A stretch of DNA of 63,997 nt, filler included, from Trypethelium eluteriae (lineage: Eukaryota): NCBI GenBank assembly GCA_051942245.1. It is 4 parts of 4 records of this genome, joined end to end, with 100 filler letters (N's around TTAATTAATTAA, not from the genome) between each part and the next. Parts side by side here need not be neighbours in the genome. Positions count along the whole stretch, not along the records: positions 32,893 to 49,220 come from JAVECL010000627.1; positions 49,321 to 63,997 come from JAVECL010000677.1; 2 more parts are not named here. One strand, given 5' to 3'. Made by a program: the position numbers and the translations under genes. Under the pieces are notes generated by a model. The model ran no database searches. It was not told the DNA's origin and saw only the letters and a program-made list of their open reading frames with translations. Shown here in pieces: positions 38,155 to 51,359 of the stretch (position 1 is its first letter; every line of letters starts with the position of its first letter).

Positions 38155-38599
38155 CTTGTCTACGGGCGCTTGTAATGCGGATGGTGGAGAAAAGAAAAGA
38201 GGGAAACAGGGAAGAAGAACGAAGTGAAAACATATGTGCGTGGACCTAAATCACACATCGGGGCAGCGTCGAAGTGAATGCAGCAAGAGCGCTGGGTCAT
38301 CGAAAGTGAAGCTGCAACAGTGAATTCAACCTGCAATGCAGTATACACGCGCTAGTTCACGAGGGCACGTGCGCAGTGAGTACCAGTTCGGAACTTGGAA
38401 GGTTTACCCGCTTCTATGGCATCGCACTGCCAATCAGCGTGTGTTGTTCTACTGCCCCGCATTCGTCTCTGCGGTTCACATGATCGTTGCGAGAAAATAT
38501 GGGCAGAGTATTAAAACTCTGGAGATAAGAAGCTTCCTGTTAGAGTTGGTAAGACCGTGTAACATTTTTTCCACAAGCCGGTACCTCTAGTAGATCAAG

Positions 38600-40223
38600 A
38601 TGTCCGCTCTGTGCATGCTTAGGCGACTACAAGTTCTCCGACATACTACCAGGCTTCCGAGTCCCCAGTCCGTGAGAGGAGTAGCTACGGTTCTCCCAAA
38701 GAAGGAGGGAGATATCTCAGATGCCTTTGCTTCACTTTCAGGTCTCCAGTTCCAACCCCTAGAAACTCGATTTGCTGATCTTAAAGCTCAACTTATACAC
38801 GGCAAGCATGAAAAGGTCTATGCTTCTTGGGAAAGGCTCCTAGCGTCACTAAGGGAAGAGGTTCCATTGATAGCAGAGGCAGGTCCCAGAATCATCCCCG
38901 AGATCGATTTCAAGGATATCGACAATCCATCTGAGCACTTTAACCATGAGTACAGGAAGAGGGGAGTAGCAATCATCAGAGGAGCAATACCGGAAGATGA
39001 GGCACTCCAGCTGAAGGAGGGCCTGCGAACATATATTCGACAGAACCCGCAGACCAAAGCATTCCCGCCTGAAAATCCTCAAGTATTCGAGCTCTACTGG
39101 TCGCCATCACAGGTTCGCGCACGTTCTCATCCAAATCTTCTGAAAACGCAGCAGTTTCTTATGTCCTATTGGCACTCAAAAGACCCCCATGCCCTCGTGT
39201 CTGCTGATCATCCGACTGTCTATGCCGATCGAGTCCGTATGCGTTCACCTGGAGATAATAAATTTGCTTTGGGGCCGCATATTGATGGTGGTGGACCCGA
39301 ACGGTGGGAGCCAGAGGGTTATGGCCGAGGAAAAGTTTACGAAAAGATCTGGCAAGGCGAGTGGGAGCAGTACGATCCATGGGAGTCCAGTTGTCGACTT
39401 CCGGTCATCAGTGACATGTATAACGGTAATGGCTCGTGCAGCATGTTCCGCATGGCTCAAGGCTGGCTCTCGATGTCTGAGACGGGGCCATTTGAAGGAA
39501 CACTGCTCGTAAATCCGCTTTTGTCCAGGGCTACAGCATATTTCCTTCTTCGGCCGTTCTTTTCTCCCGTCAAAGCAGCAGCAGATCCCTCTGCGGATGT
39601 GTTCTCAAGTGACTTTCTTGCCTCGAACAATTGGCGATTGGATCATCAGCCAAACTCATGGCTGCATGGCGCTAGCCCGGGATTGGGACAGGAATTGCGC
39701 GGCTTCCTACATCCCCATCTCGAATTACATAGGACCATGACACATGTACCTACAGTGCGGCCTGGAGATTATGTCGCTTGGCATTGTGATAGTAAGTGAG
39801 AACGTGTCTTCACTGACTTCGGCCTGACAAGTTACATAGCTATCCACGCTGTCGACAGCATTCATGCAGGAAAATCAGATTCAAGTGTGCTCTACATCCC
39901 AAGTTGCCCCCTCACTGAGCTGAATGCGCAAGGTCTTGCGGATCTGCGTGATAATTTTCTGAAAGGCAGGCTTTCCAAATCGCTCATTCGGGGGTAATTT
40001 GAACTAATGTTATCCAGGGCTACCTGCTCCTGATTTTCCAGGCGGAGTAGGCGAATCTCAACACATCGGCCGACCCCAAGCCGAGGATGTTGCTGCCATG
40101 ACCAATGATTTAGGGTTGCAGTCTTTTGGTCTAAAGGCCTGGGATAGCACAGAGCCAGGATTGACTCCTGGGCAACAAGAGATACTCAATAGATCGAATA
40201 AGATACTGGGATTTTATGCGTAA
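38600..40223 (+). CDS. GIG2: DUF1479/YbiU-family oxygenase-like protein (Gig2-like)
   Basis: KKEGDISDAF, ELYWSPSQ, YADRVRMR, LGPHIDGG, CSMFRMAQGWLSMS, PGDYVAWHCD|TIHAVD, DSSVLYIP, PDFPGGVGES; 2 introns. Confidence 0.88.
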
Positions 40224-40711
40224 CCGCCAGAGTGTAGTCACTCCAACTGTACGTCTCTGGAGTTATGTTCTTTGATGATAGCGCCTGGTTGGTTTTTACG
40301 GATAACGAGAAGATGTCCAGTATGTGATGAAATGAGAGTCAGTTGAAGGCAGAGAGCAAGCTCTCGGAATGTCTGTTTCAGGACACAGTATTTTTCTTTG
40401 CTCTTCGTAATTCGTGCGGAGCGAGATTTGTGGCGTAATGTACAGTCCTCTATAAATAGCGATGATACATCCTCCATTACGGCAAGAAGCACTTCTATGA
40501 GGTCGGTTTTCGACAATGGCGAATATGGCGTAGGGCTGTGCTCAATTCTCAAGACCCTGGTCATTCGCGAACTTTGTCGAAGCTTCATTTTGCTTCCAAT
40601 CAACGCTCCCCGGCATTTTCCCCCTCCATAATACCACCTCCACCATCTAATAACCACCTCGCTGGCGAGTTTGAGGTTTCAATTGCTCATCAAACGGATA
40701 AAGCGACCAGA

Positions 40712-41664
40712 ATGAGTGGTTCAGCACCACTCCATGGCTCTTGTAGCTGTGGTCGCAATGAATACATGGTCTACATACCGGAGGATCAAGCTATAACGAG
40801 CCTCGCACATGTTTTCTTCGACAGTGGTAGCGCAAATCGTACGTCAAATCACTTCCAAAGCTTCCGAGCCTCTGGCATCTCCCCCAAATCTCCACTCTAC
40901 TTGACACCCCACTACATTCTATGGCAATACCACAATCTCTGATACAAGACATTCCTACAGGTCGTCATCAAGCCGCCCCTCTGACAGCCTGGCTTCGCGT
41001 CCCCCTCCCCTGGTATCAATCCGCCACCTATGCCTACTATCCGGACGAGACACACGCTTCCATCCGGCGCACCTTCACCTCCCCCGCCAGCACCCACACA
41101 GCCCTCCCGACCGTGCGCCGCCAGTTCTGCGGCTATTGCGGCACACAGCTGTCAAGCTGGAACGAGCGCACAAGGGATGATGCGGGCTTCATCTCACTGA
41201 CGCTGGGAAGTCTCGTGGGGGAAGATCTGGATCGGTTGGTGGGACTGGGGCTGCTACCCGATGAGGGGGAAGAGGAGGAAGAGGATGAAGAGGAGGACGA
41301 AGGGGAGGAAGGGAGGGAAAGGGAGGAAAGAAGGACAGAGGGAGCAGAACAAGGAGATGAGCCGAGTGCAAGGAGGCGTAGCGAGGGCATAAGGGAAGTT
41401 GTGCGGTCTCAGCCGCAGGACCGGATGACCGTGAGAGGGTTCCCGTGGTTTGAGTCGATGGTGGACAATAGCAGGCTCGGTCATGTCAAGCGGCAAAAGG
41501 GAGGGCATACGAGTCGAGATGGTACGACAAGAGTAGAGTGGGAGGTTGTGGAAGTGGATGGGGAGGGAGGTGAAGGAATTGAGGTAGAGCAAAGGGGGAC
41601 GAAGCGAAAAGGTGAAGCTGATGCTGATAGTGGGGCGCAAGATGTGCAGATGGGAAGTTCGTAG
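40712..41664 (+). CDS. GFA/CENP-V/Mss4-like zinc-binding fungal protein with acidic insert
   Basis: LHGSCSCGRNEY, intron ~40839-40960, AAPLTAWLRVPL, RQFCGYCGTQLSSW, ISLTLGSL, PWFESMV, VEWEVVE. Confidence 0.8.
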
Positions 41665-42342
41665 GGCTACGACGGCTTGACCGAGGAGCGAATACGCACA
41701 AGTTGGTGAGTTGTTAGATGGAACACTTGTAGGGCGTCGTGCTTTCATTCCACCACCCTACATTCCCCGCATTTCTGGCGTTGGAAACTTTGTTTGCTTG
41801 CAGTGTCAAAGACTTTGTTGACCGCCTTAGGCACGGACCAAGACCGACGAGAAAGATTACCAAAGCAGTAACGTCACTTATATAATGCATTACAAGCTCG
41901 CGTTAGAACCAAAGCCGTCTGCCCTACGTGCCATAATCGTACTTCCTGCATGCTGCAGGTGGCCTTTTCATGCACCTTGGAGCAATTCGCAAGGAAATCA
42001 AGGCCTGGGACGCCAATCAGTTAATGAAACTCGGTCATTGTGCGTGTTAGCTTCCATGAATGTACTAGTTTCCCCCAAATCCATGATCTACCGAACCACT
42101 TATCTTCAATCTATGCAATGTGCCGGGGTCGGAGCTTCCGAGGCCACTATTATCGGCAATATGATAGGGTGATAGATAGCTGAGCAGAGTATCGATACAT
42201 CTGCGTAATTGATGAACTTGAAAGCGTCTAGAGTTCAGCTAGATGACGCGGATCTTGCCGGCGGCAGTCTTGTAATTGACTTTAGATAAACTGTAAATCC
42301 TTTTTTCACTTTTACATTTATTCGTTTCCAAGCACCTCTACC

Positions 42343-44157
42343 ATGTCCAAGGAGGATAACAGAGAGAAAGAATCTGCAACAGCGGCTGCGGAAGAAGGTG
42401 GCAGGGATACAGGCGATGTGCTGGTTGTCAATGCCTCGGGTCATGTTCAAGAACTTGACCGAAACTTTGGACTTTTCAGTATTTGTGCTCTAGGGATCGT
42501 CGCGGGTAATGCCTGGTCGGCCTTAGCAGGGAGTATTGTGAGCATTCCGTATTCCCCTTCTGCGGATCCATCATCTTACCGTCTCAGGTGGTTAGTCTCT
42601 ATAATGGAGGTCCTACAGGTATCGTGTACGAATTGATCGCTGTATCAATGTTCTATTTCCTGATAGCGGCGTGCATTGCTGAGTTGGCATCTGCCATCCC
42701 ATCATCGGCTGGAGGCATGTCGTCAGCTTTCGTATCAGATGAGACAGTGCTGACCCTTTTCATAGTCTACCACTGGGCCTCTATCACTCCAGGTCCACGA
42801 TGGGGTCTAGTCTGCAGTTGGTTCGCAGGATGGTGGAATTATTTTGCCTTGTTATTCGGTCTCGCTTCCACAAGTGCTATTTGTGGTAGCCAGATAATGT
42901 CCATGTACATGCTCTTCCACCCGGATCACACCCCTGAGAGCTGGCAGGTGTTCGTCATCTACATCATAGTGACATGGATCTGCTGTGCTTGCGTGCTCTT
43001 CGCTAATTGGCTTCTGCCTTTACTAAACCGCCTGGGATTAATGATTGTTCTGGGAGGTGCCTTTGTCACCATTCTTGTATGTGCTATCATGCCCAGCACC
43101 AAAGGCTCTGGCTATGCTTCAGACCGGTCAGTTTGGCGTGATTGGCAAAACCAAACAGGATGGAGCAACGATGGATTTGTCTTTCTTGCAGGAATGCTCA
43201 ACGGGTACAACCCCAAAGCTTATCACACCGTTCAACGACGTTCCACTGTTGACATTGAAACAGAGCGTACGCCGTCGGAACCCCCGACCAAATTTCTCAC
43301 CTCGCCGAGGAAATCCCCAAGCCTCGAGTCAATTTGCCAAAAGCCATTGCGGCACAGGCGCTGATTGGATTTGCGACGTCTCTGTGCTTTCTGATTACGA
43401 TCTGCTATTCGATCAATTCTTTTGATGCTGTTCTCGAGAGCGACTTCCCGTTCCCCTTGGCCGAGATCTACTATCAAGCAACATCCTCGCGGGGGGGCGC
43501 CCTGGGTTTGCTGCTTGTCATATTCTTCTCAATGTTCACCACTCTCATCGGGGTATACCTTATCGCCGGTCGGATGCTCTGGACTCTGGCACGGGATGGA
43601 GCGACGCCTTTCTGTGGTCATCTGGGTCGAGTCAGCAATACTTGGAAGAATCCATTTAATGCCACAGTTGCCTGCGGGGTTCTCTCGACTTTGATGGGTT
43701 GCATCTATGTCGGGTCGACAACGGCGTTCAATGCCTTTGTTGGAAGCTTCGTCATTTTCAGCACGCTCAGCTATTTAGCAGCGCTTCTGTACGTTGGGTC
43801 TCTTCGTTTAATCGGTCGACTTTGTTCTCGGAGCTAATTTAGAGTAGGCCTCATCTTCTAGTGCGACGCGCATACGTTACGCCTGGACCGTTTTGGATGC
43901 CAGGCCTGGTAGGCACACTCATCCTTAGCATAAGCTGCGCCTATATCATCATCTGGAACGTCATTTACCTCTTTCCTTACTTTTTGCCGGTCACGGCAAA
44001 GAACATGAATTACTCAGTGGTCATAGCGGGCGGATTGACACTGCTGGTGGCATGTTGGTGGTTATGGAAGAGCAAAAACGGCTATCGTGGCCCAGTTCTC
44101 TTGCATGCCGAGTCTGTAGTGGAGGATGAACATGCCCTACACGCAGAAGATATTTAG
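42343..44157 (+). CDS. APC-superfamily amino acid/choline/GABA permease
   Basis: NASGHVQELDRNF, NGGPTG, ELASAIPSSAG|VYHWAS, FLAGMLNG, HLAEEIP, RMLWTLARD, PGPFWM, NMNY; about 4 introns. Confidence 0.93.
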
Positions 44158-46980
44158 TAAGATTATAGGGTGATCCCTGGCTTTTCACCAAAGTTCACCT
44201 CCATATTCGGGCCAAATCCGAGATCCGAACGGGACCAGTCTCCACAGGGATAGAAGCCATAGCTTGCTCATTGGTGTGGCTGGGTTCAGAAGACACTGCC
44301 CGCTGCTTGTAGTTGCTGGGCGAAACAATGACGATCTTAGAAGAACCATACGGGATAGGAGTGGCTTCGGAGAATATCATCATTATTGAGGGCGCATGTG
44401 GCCTTTGCTCGTATAGCGTCCCATTATAGCTGTGCCGCATAGTACTTAGCTGGGCATGCTGATCAATGTACGGAGTAGTCGAGCCTAAGCATAATGACCA
44501 TAGAGCCCCGTCCCTCCTCCAAATAGTGCCAAGACCCCTGCATTGAAGGGGAGGTTGTTCCTTCGCCAAGATGGCGACATGGTTGGGTGGATGAGGCCAG
44601 GGCTGTAGTAGTAGTATCAAATTCGAGTTTGCGATGGCAAGTCTGACGAGCGATTTGCTTGAGCACTGAGGCTGCTTCAGCTAGCACCGTATTGAAAGGC
44701 TCTGAACCGAGATTGGTCGCGTGCGATGTTAGGTAGGGCCCTGTAGATTGCTCCTGTTACACAAGGCTCCGGGGAGATCCCCGGTTCCTTCTCCAGAGCC
44801 CCAACCCAGGACGACCCAGGAGGCTCCAGGACGGCCCTGACAACAACCACGATTCCACCAAGAGCGGGTAACGTGGGCCACTACGGAGTATTTGGACTTC
44901 ATCAACATTGCTTGCAAGCGCTGGACGGCTCTGTTCGACTTGACGTTTAAGGCGGGTTGGGCGTTGAGCGAAGCTGATCTGTTGAAGCCCAAGCGATTGT
45001 CGCTGAAACAAACGGCCACACTACCATACAGTACGGATCAGGTAAAGGCAAGCGTAATGTTGCTCACCCGCAGACCAGGGCGCCAACAATGGAGCTGCAA
45101 ACCCCTCTCAAACGCTCCGGTGTGGATAGTTAAGCCTTGGTACTCTGGCGTGCCTGGTCCCTCGAGAGCGCTGAGGGTCTGGGAATCGAAGTGCTGGGAC
45201 TGGGTGAATGGCCCGCCGGGCAATCTTTTCCACTGAGGATAGCTCGCGCCACTGAGAAAGCGACGACGCTAACGGTGAACGCTTACCGAATCAACCCTAT
45301 AGAGGGCTGGTGAGCCATCAGGAGCCTTTCCCGCCAGAGCGCTGTGTCCCGCATCAGTTAGCTTGGGTTTCAAGCCTTCCCATGCTCCCCGGGACGGCGG
45401 CGCGCTGTCTCTTCACCTCTGAGCAGTCTTGACCGCCACGGCTGTCTTTCTGACGGCAACCGCGGATCGTGACGGTGTGACCTGCTCACATCAAGCTGGA
45501 GGGCGGGAGCTCCAGCCACATCAGAAGCAACACCGTCGCCAACGACGACGACGAGGGCGGCTTCCCCACTGACTGAGCATTTCCAATGTGCGTCATGTGC
45601 GAGCAAGATAAAAGGGCTTGCTTGTGCGAAACCAGCTTCCAGGGAATACGACCCCAAATGAGGTCAGCTTCCACGTGGAAATGTGGCGCTAGGGGAGGCG
45701 TTTCAGTCTTTCAGCTCCTCAACCACGCGGCGATACCTGTACGGGATTGCGGCGGGCTTGGCATCCTGACCTTTGCATGCCTCTAACCAGCTTCGACTTG
45801 GACAGAAATGCGTAGCGTTCGTCGTTTGTTCGTGGAGCAGGCTCCAGATTTCGATCAACACCGCGTCACACTACCTCCCTCCTACCGCATGTTGGTTTCA
45901 GAGAGCCAAAATCACCTCAAATCTCGGTCGTTGGCAGGCTGGTTCTGCGGCTCTGCTGAATCGCCCCATCCTGGCCTGCTACCGAGATGGGCGGTTGGAG
46001 CATCTCGACTCGGACGACACCCTTTCCACGTGGACGGCGGCCAGCGTAGCGTCACAATGCAGGCGGGGCGCTCTAACGTGCCACCAGCGGCGGAAATGCC
46101 ATGTCCCAATTGGTGTACGCCATCCTTAACCTAGCGATCCGTTGGTGGAGGCCTACCCATGGATTCGGGCTGGGATCCCAGGTCTTTGGTGCCTACCGGG
46201 TCCGTTCCCTGTGGGGGTCCCCTTCAAAGACCTCTTCTGTAGCAGCTCGTACTCTCGCTCATTTGGGGGCATCCTTACGGGTGCCCTAGATGATTCGGTC
46301 ACTTTCGAGCAACAAAGACTATAGCCAACCGTCCTGAGATCCCTACTTCACAGAGCACATTCTGACATGTTAAAATAGCCTGGCTTCTCCACCATTTGCA
46401 TTTGTAAGAAATCTATTCATCTACGCTCTCTGGTCCAGGTCTGATTCCAGCTGTTCCCCGCATAGGGGTCCTCTTTCCTCGCCTGGCACATTGCAAGCAA
46501 AAAAGCTCAGCGGATTCGGGAATAAATAAGCGGTCACGCGTATACGCAGCCGATCGATCAGCGCCATCAAAAATTCCCGGGCACCATTGGGTCATTGGCG
46601 ATTTGGAGATTTGCTTGAAGGACTAATTCATCAATTATTGGTGGTGGAAAATCCGCAGCTGTCATCACTTCCTTCCTGGCGATCTACCTGCTGTTTTCGC
46701 GCGAAGGCAGTCTCGAGGCTCTCTAAACCCTGTAAGCCTGGCAGCTGCCTTCCGGCCTCCAAGCTCCCAAGCCTCTTACCCAATACCTCGCTCGCTGCTC
46801 TCCCGGCTGACAATCTCCTTGTACGTATACTTCTGTGCTCAAGCCCCAGCAGCCAAGCGCTGATCGTCGTCCCGTCCTGTCAGCACTTGACCCATGACTG
46901 TGGTTCAGGTACGAACTGTCAGTTCGCCTGCTTTCTTTCCTAATTACCCAATAAAATATCCGGCCGATTTACCAGCCTCA

Positions 46981-48221
46981 ATGTCGGCATACGAAAAACA
47001 GAGCCCACCAGATCATTATTCCTCGGAAAATTCCGATTCCAGAAAGAAGCAAAACGTCCACACTGGGAGCAAAAGAGCATCTAGAGCTGGTACTCGAAGC
47101 GTGACAACTCTGACCGCAGCCCAGCTGGAAAGGAAACGCGCGAATGATCGGGAAGCCCAACGAGCGATACGCCAGAGAACCAAAGATCACATTGAAAACC
47201 TAGAAAGGCGGATTGAAGAGCTCACTTCGAACCAAGGCATCACTGAGAAATTAATTCAACGGAACAAGGAGCTAGAGAATGAGAACGCGCTCTTACGAAG
47301 TCGGCTAGGTCCGGCAGGCGTATCTTTAGGGATAGAGAGCCAAGGTAAGTCTTTGATCCGCAGCTTTCATGTTGTTTCCTTTTAACCAAGCAGTGAGCAG
47401 AACATGGTTCCTTAGGCTCAGGAATGGATACAGCTGGGCTTGGTATGGCGTTGCCTTCTTCAGGCTCAAGCGCACTCCAAGCAATGGGACAACAGCGAAC
47501 GACTGGGACGGGGACACCGCAAAGGCAGCCTTCATCAACGCCTACCCCTTCGGGATTGACTCAATCAGATCCGTGGCAGCAGCATACAGGTTCTTACCAT
47601 CCGACAAACCCCTCTCCGATTTCTCGCCCCTCGCATTCTGAGATGGGACAGCAAAGCGGCATTTGGCGGACAGACTCGAACGAATCTGATCGAAATCAAA
47701 CGGTGATACAATCAGGCTTATCATCAGGGGTTAATTATGGATACATGGTGGATTCCTCTGGACGACCTGTGCCTTATCGAGGCGATGCTTCTGTGCCGAC
47801 ATACACCTCGCCTTCACTATCATCCGACTACCAGCCACGCGTCACATCCCTTTCACAGGACTATAAGTCGGGACAAAATTATCAGACTCGTACCACCAAT
47901 CAATCAACACCAGATTATTCCTCAAGCAGATCTTCCTCTCATCTACCCGAATACCAGACGGGTGCACAACCAACTGAATATAGCTCGCGAGCCCCGGTCG
48001 CGGCACCGGGATACCACGGGCGAGATCTAGGTGGGCAGACACAAGCAATGAGCAGTGCGGTAGGCGCGTATTGCCCAATGCCAAATCCGCAGCCATACCT
48101 GGCGACAGCTCCGCCAACGCAACAAGCTCCAGGTGCTGCGTACTCAGTACAACAGGGCGGAGGGGCAATACATCCACAACAAACGGGCTCTCTCCGCTAT
48201 TACGACCCTAACGTGGGCTAG
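46981..48221 (+). CDS. bZIP transcription factor
   Basis: RSVTTLTAAQLERKRANDREAQRAIRQRTKDHIENLERRIEEL basic region and zipper; intron 47345-47421; low-complexity C-terminus. Confidence 0.92.
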
Positions 48222-49220
48222 TGTTGTTCAATTTTGAAAACGATGATGCCTTTTAATAGGAAGAAGAAGATCTTGATAATACTTGTTTGAATACCGCGCA
48301 AAACGAATTTACAAGTCTTCGATTACATGTGGATTGATAGTTTTGGAATAAAACCGGTTTTGGCTTAGTGTGCCCTCAAAACTGTGGGATTAGAAGTATT
48401 CCCACCAGGCTGCGCTACGTCTTTGGCCGAAGACTGGTTTTCTGCTTCGGACTTCTGTTGCTGAGCCTGTTCGGCTCGTATCTGCGCAAGGAGTTCTGGA
48501 TACTGCCAACCAATCAGTTTCTGTACCTTCTGAGACATCTGACAAGCTGAACGAGAAGAACGAAACTAAATTGACCATGGAGATACATTGCCAAGGGCTT
48601 CTGAAATCTAGAAGAGTCATAGGCGGATTGACCAACTATTAGGGGAAGGGGCAAGCGGTGGCCCTCTTGAGATCCGAGGCGAACGGTTGAACTGGGTTCA
48701 CGCTACCCAGGGCGACTTGAGGGGAAAACGTGCGATCTGGAGAAACACGTTGGGCACGATTCAGGGAGTTCCGGTGGCTCCACAGGCCAAATTGCCCCTA
48801 TAGCGAGTCATACTAAGCCGATGCTTCCAACTCCGCGCTACCTTATTTCCGTCGCCGAGCCTCAGAATCAGGAACAGCGCCGGAACGTCGGAGAAGCCCC
48901 TTTCCGGTTCAGGCACTGCCCATTAGTCCAAACAATCTCTAGGACATACGTACGTATGCGTGATTACTCTCACCATCCCTGGAGTCGTTGTCTTCCCTCG
49001 TCGGGACGGTCGAGGAGGCCCATGGGAGAGGAAACGCGACATCAAGAACAACAAACACCGTCGTCACAAGAAGCCACAAACAACAAGAGGAAGAAAATGC
49101 ATCACACTCACCCATCGCTCCCCAACATCCGGATGACTCTTCACCCTATTCATCAACGTCGCCTCCCCCAGATGTCCCCACCGTCCCTTCACAAACGTAA
49201 ACTCGACATCATCCCTCCGG

Positions 49221-49320
49221 NNNNNNNNNNNNNNNNNNNNNNNNNNNNNNNNNNNNNNNNNNNNTTAATTAATTAANNNNNNNNNNNNNNNNNNNNNNNN
49301 NNNNNNNNNNNNNNNNNNNN
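49221..49320. other. Assembly spacer
   Basis: N44-TTAATTAATTAA-N44. Confidence 0.98.
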
Positions 49321-49645
49321 ACACACCCCACTCCCATCCTCCATGATGTCAACACCGGGCGGTCCCGGCAGCGCATTCCTGGGCTTCGGCCTCAACACGC
49401 CCTCCCAAAACTTCAACTTCGCTGACTTTGTCAATATAACGCCGAGCCCGGCTCAGGGGCCTTGGTCGCGCACGCCTACCGCTGCTGCCTCGGCGAGGAC
49501 ACCGCTGGCGGCACGGGAGGCCCGCAGGAAGCTCAATTTCTCGCCAAGGCTTCCACCTGGGGCGAGCCCGGGATTGGGTGCGGGGTTGGAGCGAGGGAAG
49601 GGGGATGGATTGGGGATGGAGCTGGGTGGTGAGCTCGTGAATTGA
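49321..49645 (+). CDS. C-terminal fragment of a conserved fungal protein, probably a Whi5/Nrm1-like cell-cycle repressor
   Basis: TPSQNFNFADFVNITPSPAQ, many TP/SP (CDK-type) sites, ARRKLNF, GLGMELGGELV*. Family recalled from this motif; the diagnostic domain would lie in the gap. Confidence 0.55.
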
Positions 49646-51170
49646 GGCAGAGGTCTTCAATGGTGGACTCTAAGAGGACATACAAGGTCAGGTTATGATG
49701 ATCTATCGTCGAAGTTGTTGTGCTTCTCGTCAGGACCATGTTCCACAAACCTCTTGTCTACGCCTCTTTTCGATAGTGATGGGTTGAGTATTGTTTTATG
49801 AGTAATGAGTTATTTGCGAGGAACTTGTCTCAGCTGGTTCAATTCCATTGAGGTATACCCACATTCCTTGATTTTTCTACAAAACACCCGGCGGTACTGT
49901 TTCTCACTTTCTGTGGTGCTGTTTTACAAGCATACGAGATGCTTTGTCTACCATAGCGGGACTCCTTTACTTTGTCTAACTAATGGCGATTGTGGGATGG
50001 ATAGCTAGTTGTGTTCGCGGAATTGCCTCAAGTGGCTGGCATTGCTGGAAATGGCATGTTATGGGAAGCGGGCTCGATAGCTAATAGATAGCAAATACAA
50101 ATGAATTGCATGAAGGTTGCACTGTACATGCGTTTCGAGGCCTTTCAACTCACGACAGCGATCTATATCGAGTTTAGTCGACGCGTCGACGCGTCGGGAC
50201 AAAACACGCTAGCGAAACCAATTACCCTAACCTGGACTGGAATGGTATGAACGCACGGATCTCGTATCTTGCAGGCTGTTGAATCTGCAGCGACTCCATC
50301 AGAGTCGGGTCTACTGCTGAGCTTGCTGGTCAACTCGAGCAGCCAACATCAACACTGCAACAGATCGGTTGTGGTCAATTTTTCCATCTTCGCCACAACA
50401 GCATCGGTCCACAAGAACACAGTTCTGGTGTAAAACACTTCGAATTATCCGCTAAAACCCGTTTCGATAAATGTTAAATGTGCGGAATGATGAATATGGG
50501 CTTCTTAAGCAACCTCTAGTGTCAAGTCAATTCTATAGAACAATTGTTGAGTGATTATATCTGGAGTTTACTGGTGTTAACCTCGATCACGCTATCACGT
50601 GAAATCAAGATATGACGGGCACACCTATCCTGCTTGGATAGGGCTAGCATTTTGCTCTGGAACCGCCACTATTATGGAAGAAATAGTTCTCCATGTTGGT
50701 AAGTCATTTGTCTCAATGGAACAGTGAAGGTGGTCTACGGCATTGAAGAACGCACCCTGATCTGGGCCTAAAAGAAGCTCTAGCAAATTGTGTACTCAAA
50801 TGTCCATAGACGCTGCTGACAATCAGACTTTCAAATTTTGATATTCCAGATTTGAACGCCTCCCGCGGTATCCTGTCTAGCGTCTGTTGTGAAGAATGAA
50901 TATGCTTGATACTTGTTTTGTCTTGTTCTAAGGGATCTTATTTGAACGGTACGTTTGTGGTAGAACTCACTATTGCGAGGGGATGAAGTATTGTCTGCCC
51001 GCTGGACAGCTCCATCAAAACGAGTTCGGGAGAACAGAAGACTTAACCAGGAAATGATATGATCAAGTGACTCATGGCTGTACCTCACACCCTGTATTTA
51101 TTTACTTTTCTTTGAAAGATAAAGGGGATTTTTGACCGTCCAGCAAGGAACTAGGCAACAGAAAGCTCTG

Positions 51171-51359
51171 CATACCTTACGGCGGCTGTGGGGTTCATCA
51201 ACTGGTAAATGATACAATGTTACCTCAGTTTAATTGTTATGACCATGTTGGCCCATGTTAATGCGGTATTAACATGGACCAACAAGGTCATTACAATAAA
51301 GTCGAAATAACATTTTATTAACTACCAGTTGAGGAACCCCCCAGCCGCCGTAAGGTATG
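51171..51359. mobile_element. Foldback/MITE-like element, full copy (~185 bp hairpin)
   Basis: cataccttacggcggctg...cagccgccgtaaggtatg ends; arms pair almost to a ~5-nt loop (ccatgttaat gcggt attaacatgg); TA flanks the ccttac/gtaagg ends; second copy at 61223. Confidence 0.85.

Noticed and set aside
44195..46900. Many short overlapping ORFs upstream of the bZIP gene
   Set aside because: No motifs or consistent splice structure; probably regulatory intergenic DNA.
50224..50232. ACCCTAACC as a telomerase RNA template
   Set aside because: A 9-mer of this kind is expected by chance in 64 kb; no supporting structure seen.
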